Assembly (NCBI RefSeq): GCF_004010195.1
Contig: NC_057752.1
Location: 9,371,323-9,435,322 of the forward strand
Direction: 5' to 3'
From: Chiloscyllium plagiosum
Taxonomy: Eukaryota
Length of the DNA stretch: 64,000 bases
Shown here: positions 62,990-64,000 of the stretch, piece after piece
Layout: each line of letters starts with the position of its first letter
Position numbering within the stretch: the stretch's first letter is position 1
Position numbers and translations under genes: made by a program
The notes under the pieces: generated by a model
Told to the model about the DNA's origin: nothing
Seen by the model: only the letters and a program-made list of their open reading frames with translations
The model's database searches: none

Positions 62990-63725
62990 TAAAACAAAAA
63001 AGGACACAATACCACAAAGAGATATTAGGACAAATGACCAAAGCTTGTACAAAGAGGCCGATTTTAAGGAGTGTCTTGGAGGAGAGGTAGAGATGTGCGG
63101 AAGTTTAGAAAAATAATGTCTGTCTGTGCTTCAGATCCAGGCAGCTGAAGATCCAGCCGCCATCGCTAAACCAGTATAATCCAGAATGCTGAAGAGGCCA
63201 GACTTCGAGAAGCAGAGATCTCAAAAGGATTGTCAGGCTAACAAAGATTGGAGAAGAAATGACTAAGATTTTTACAAATGTAAAAATTAAAATCAAGTGT
63301 TGCTTTTACAGAACCTAAAGTCATTGAGCACATGGGTGATGGGTAAATGGGACACAGTTTGAGTTAGGACACAGGCAACTGATTTTTGGATGAGCTCAAG
63401 TTTACAAAGAGTAGAAAGTGGGAGGCCAACCAACAGGATATTAATTAAGTCTAAAAAAAAATAAAGGCATGGATAAGGATTTCAGCATAGAAGAGCTGGG
63501 GTAGGGGCAGAGTAGGGCAAAATTATGGAATTGGAAATAGACAGTCTTATTGATGGCACAGATGTGTGGTTGAAAACTCCTCTTGGGATCAAATATGATA
63601 CCAAGGTTGCCAACCGTCTGGCTTGGAGAGTTGCCAGGGAAAGGGTTGGATTTGGTGGCTAGGGAGCAGAATTTGCGGTGGGGACTAAAGACAATAGTTC
63701 ATTCTTCCCAATATTTAATTGAAAT
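62990..63725 (-). mobile_element. Decayed L2-type LINE fragment
   Basis: Typical antisense L2 composition (gattttaaggagtgtctt...gagttaggacacaggcaactgatttttggatgagctcaagtttac); no intact ORF. Confidence 0.5.
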
Positions 63726-64000
63726 TTAATTTTATTTAAAAAGAAAGTTAGATAAGTATTGATTTTGATCCTTAGCCACTATGAATATAAGGCGTTATCC
63801 AGCACTCTGTGAAATCATGCTGACATAGTGCGTATTGAAGACAGGGCTGTTGGGAAAATCTCCAGACATGTCTAAGCCCAGAGAAAACAACTCTGAAATA
63901 CTAACTCAGTAGCTGCCATATTGACTGGAGGAATAATTTCACGCAGGTGGTGTACCCACAATAGTACAAACTTCTATAACATAATTTTTAAAAATCCTAA

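Overview
Eukaryotic, repeat-rich vertebrate DNA with three N-gaps. The repeat families (tRNA-headed SINEs with CR1-type tails, Deu-domain SINEs, many CR1 and Penelope-like elements) suggest a shark or other elasmobranch; that is an inference. The only host gene found is a minus-strand STE20-family SPAK/OSR1 kinase (closest to STK39). Ten internal coding exons (equivalent to exons 2-11, 40288 down to 4643) have canonical AG/GT sites and splice into one 1004-nt open frame. Exon 1 and the C-terminal CCT-domain exons were not found in the window. The protein mixes STK39-like, OXSR1-like and apparently ancestral residues, so it may be a third paralog. The introns hold nested, decayed retroelements: three Gypsy LTR elements, CR1/L2/Tx1 LINEs, SINEs and at least three Penelope-like (PLE) families. 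The most distinctive non-genic signal is a set of minimal hammerhead-ribozyme motifs in PLE ends and in ~100-250 bp TSD-flanked mini-elements, some of them fold-backs that pivot at the ribozyme. No prokaryotic-type system (CRISPR, operon) is present. Exon boundaries and TSDs were read base by base; other TE boundaries are approximate. Comparisons with human or fly proteins are from memory and were not aligned.
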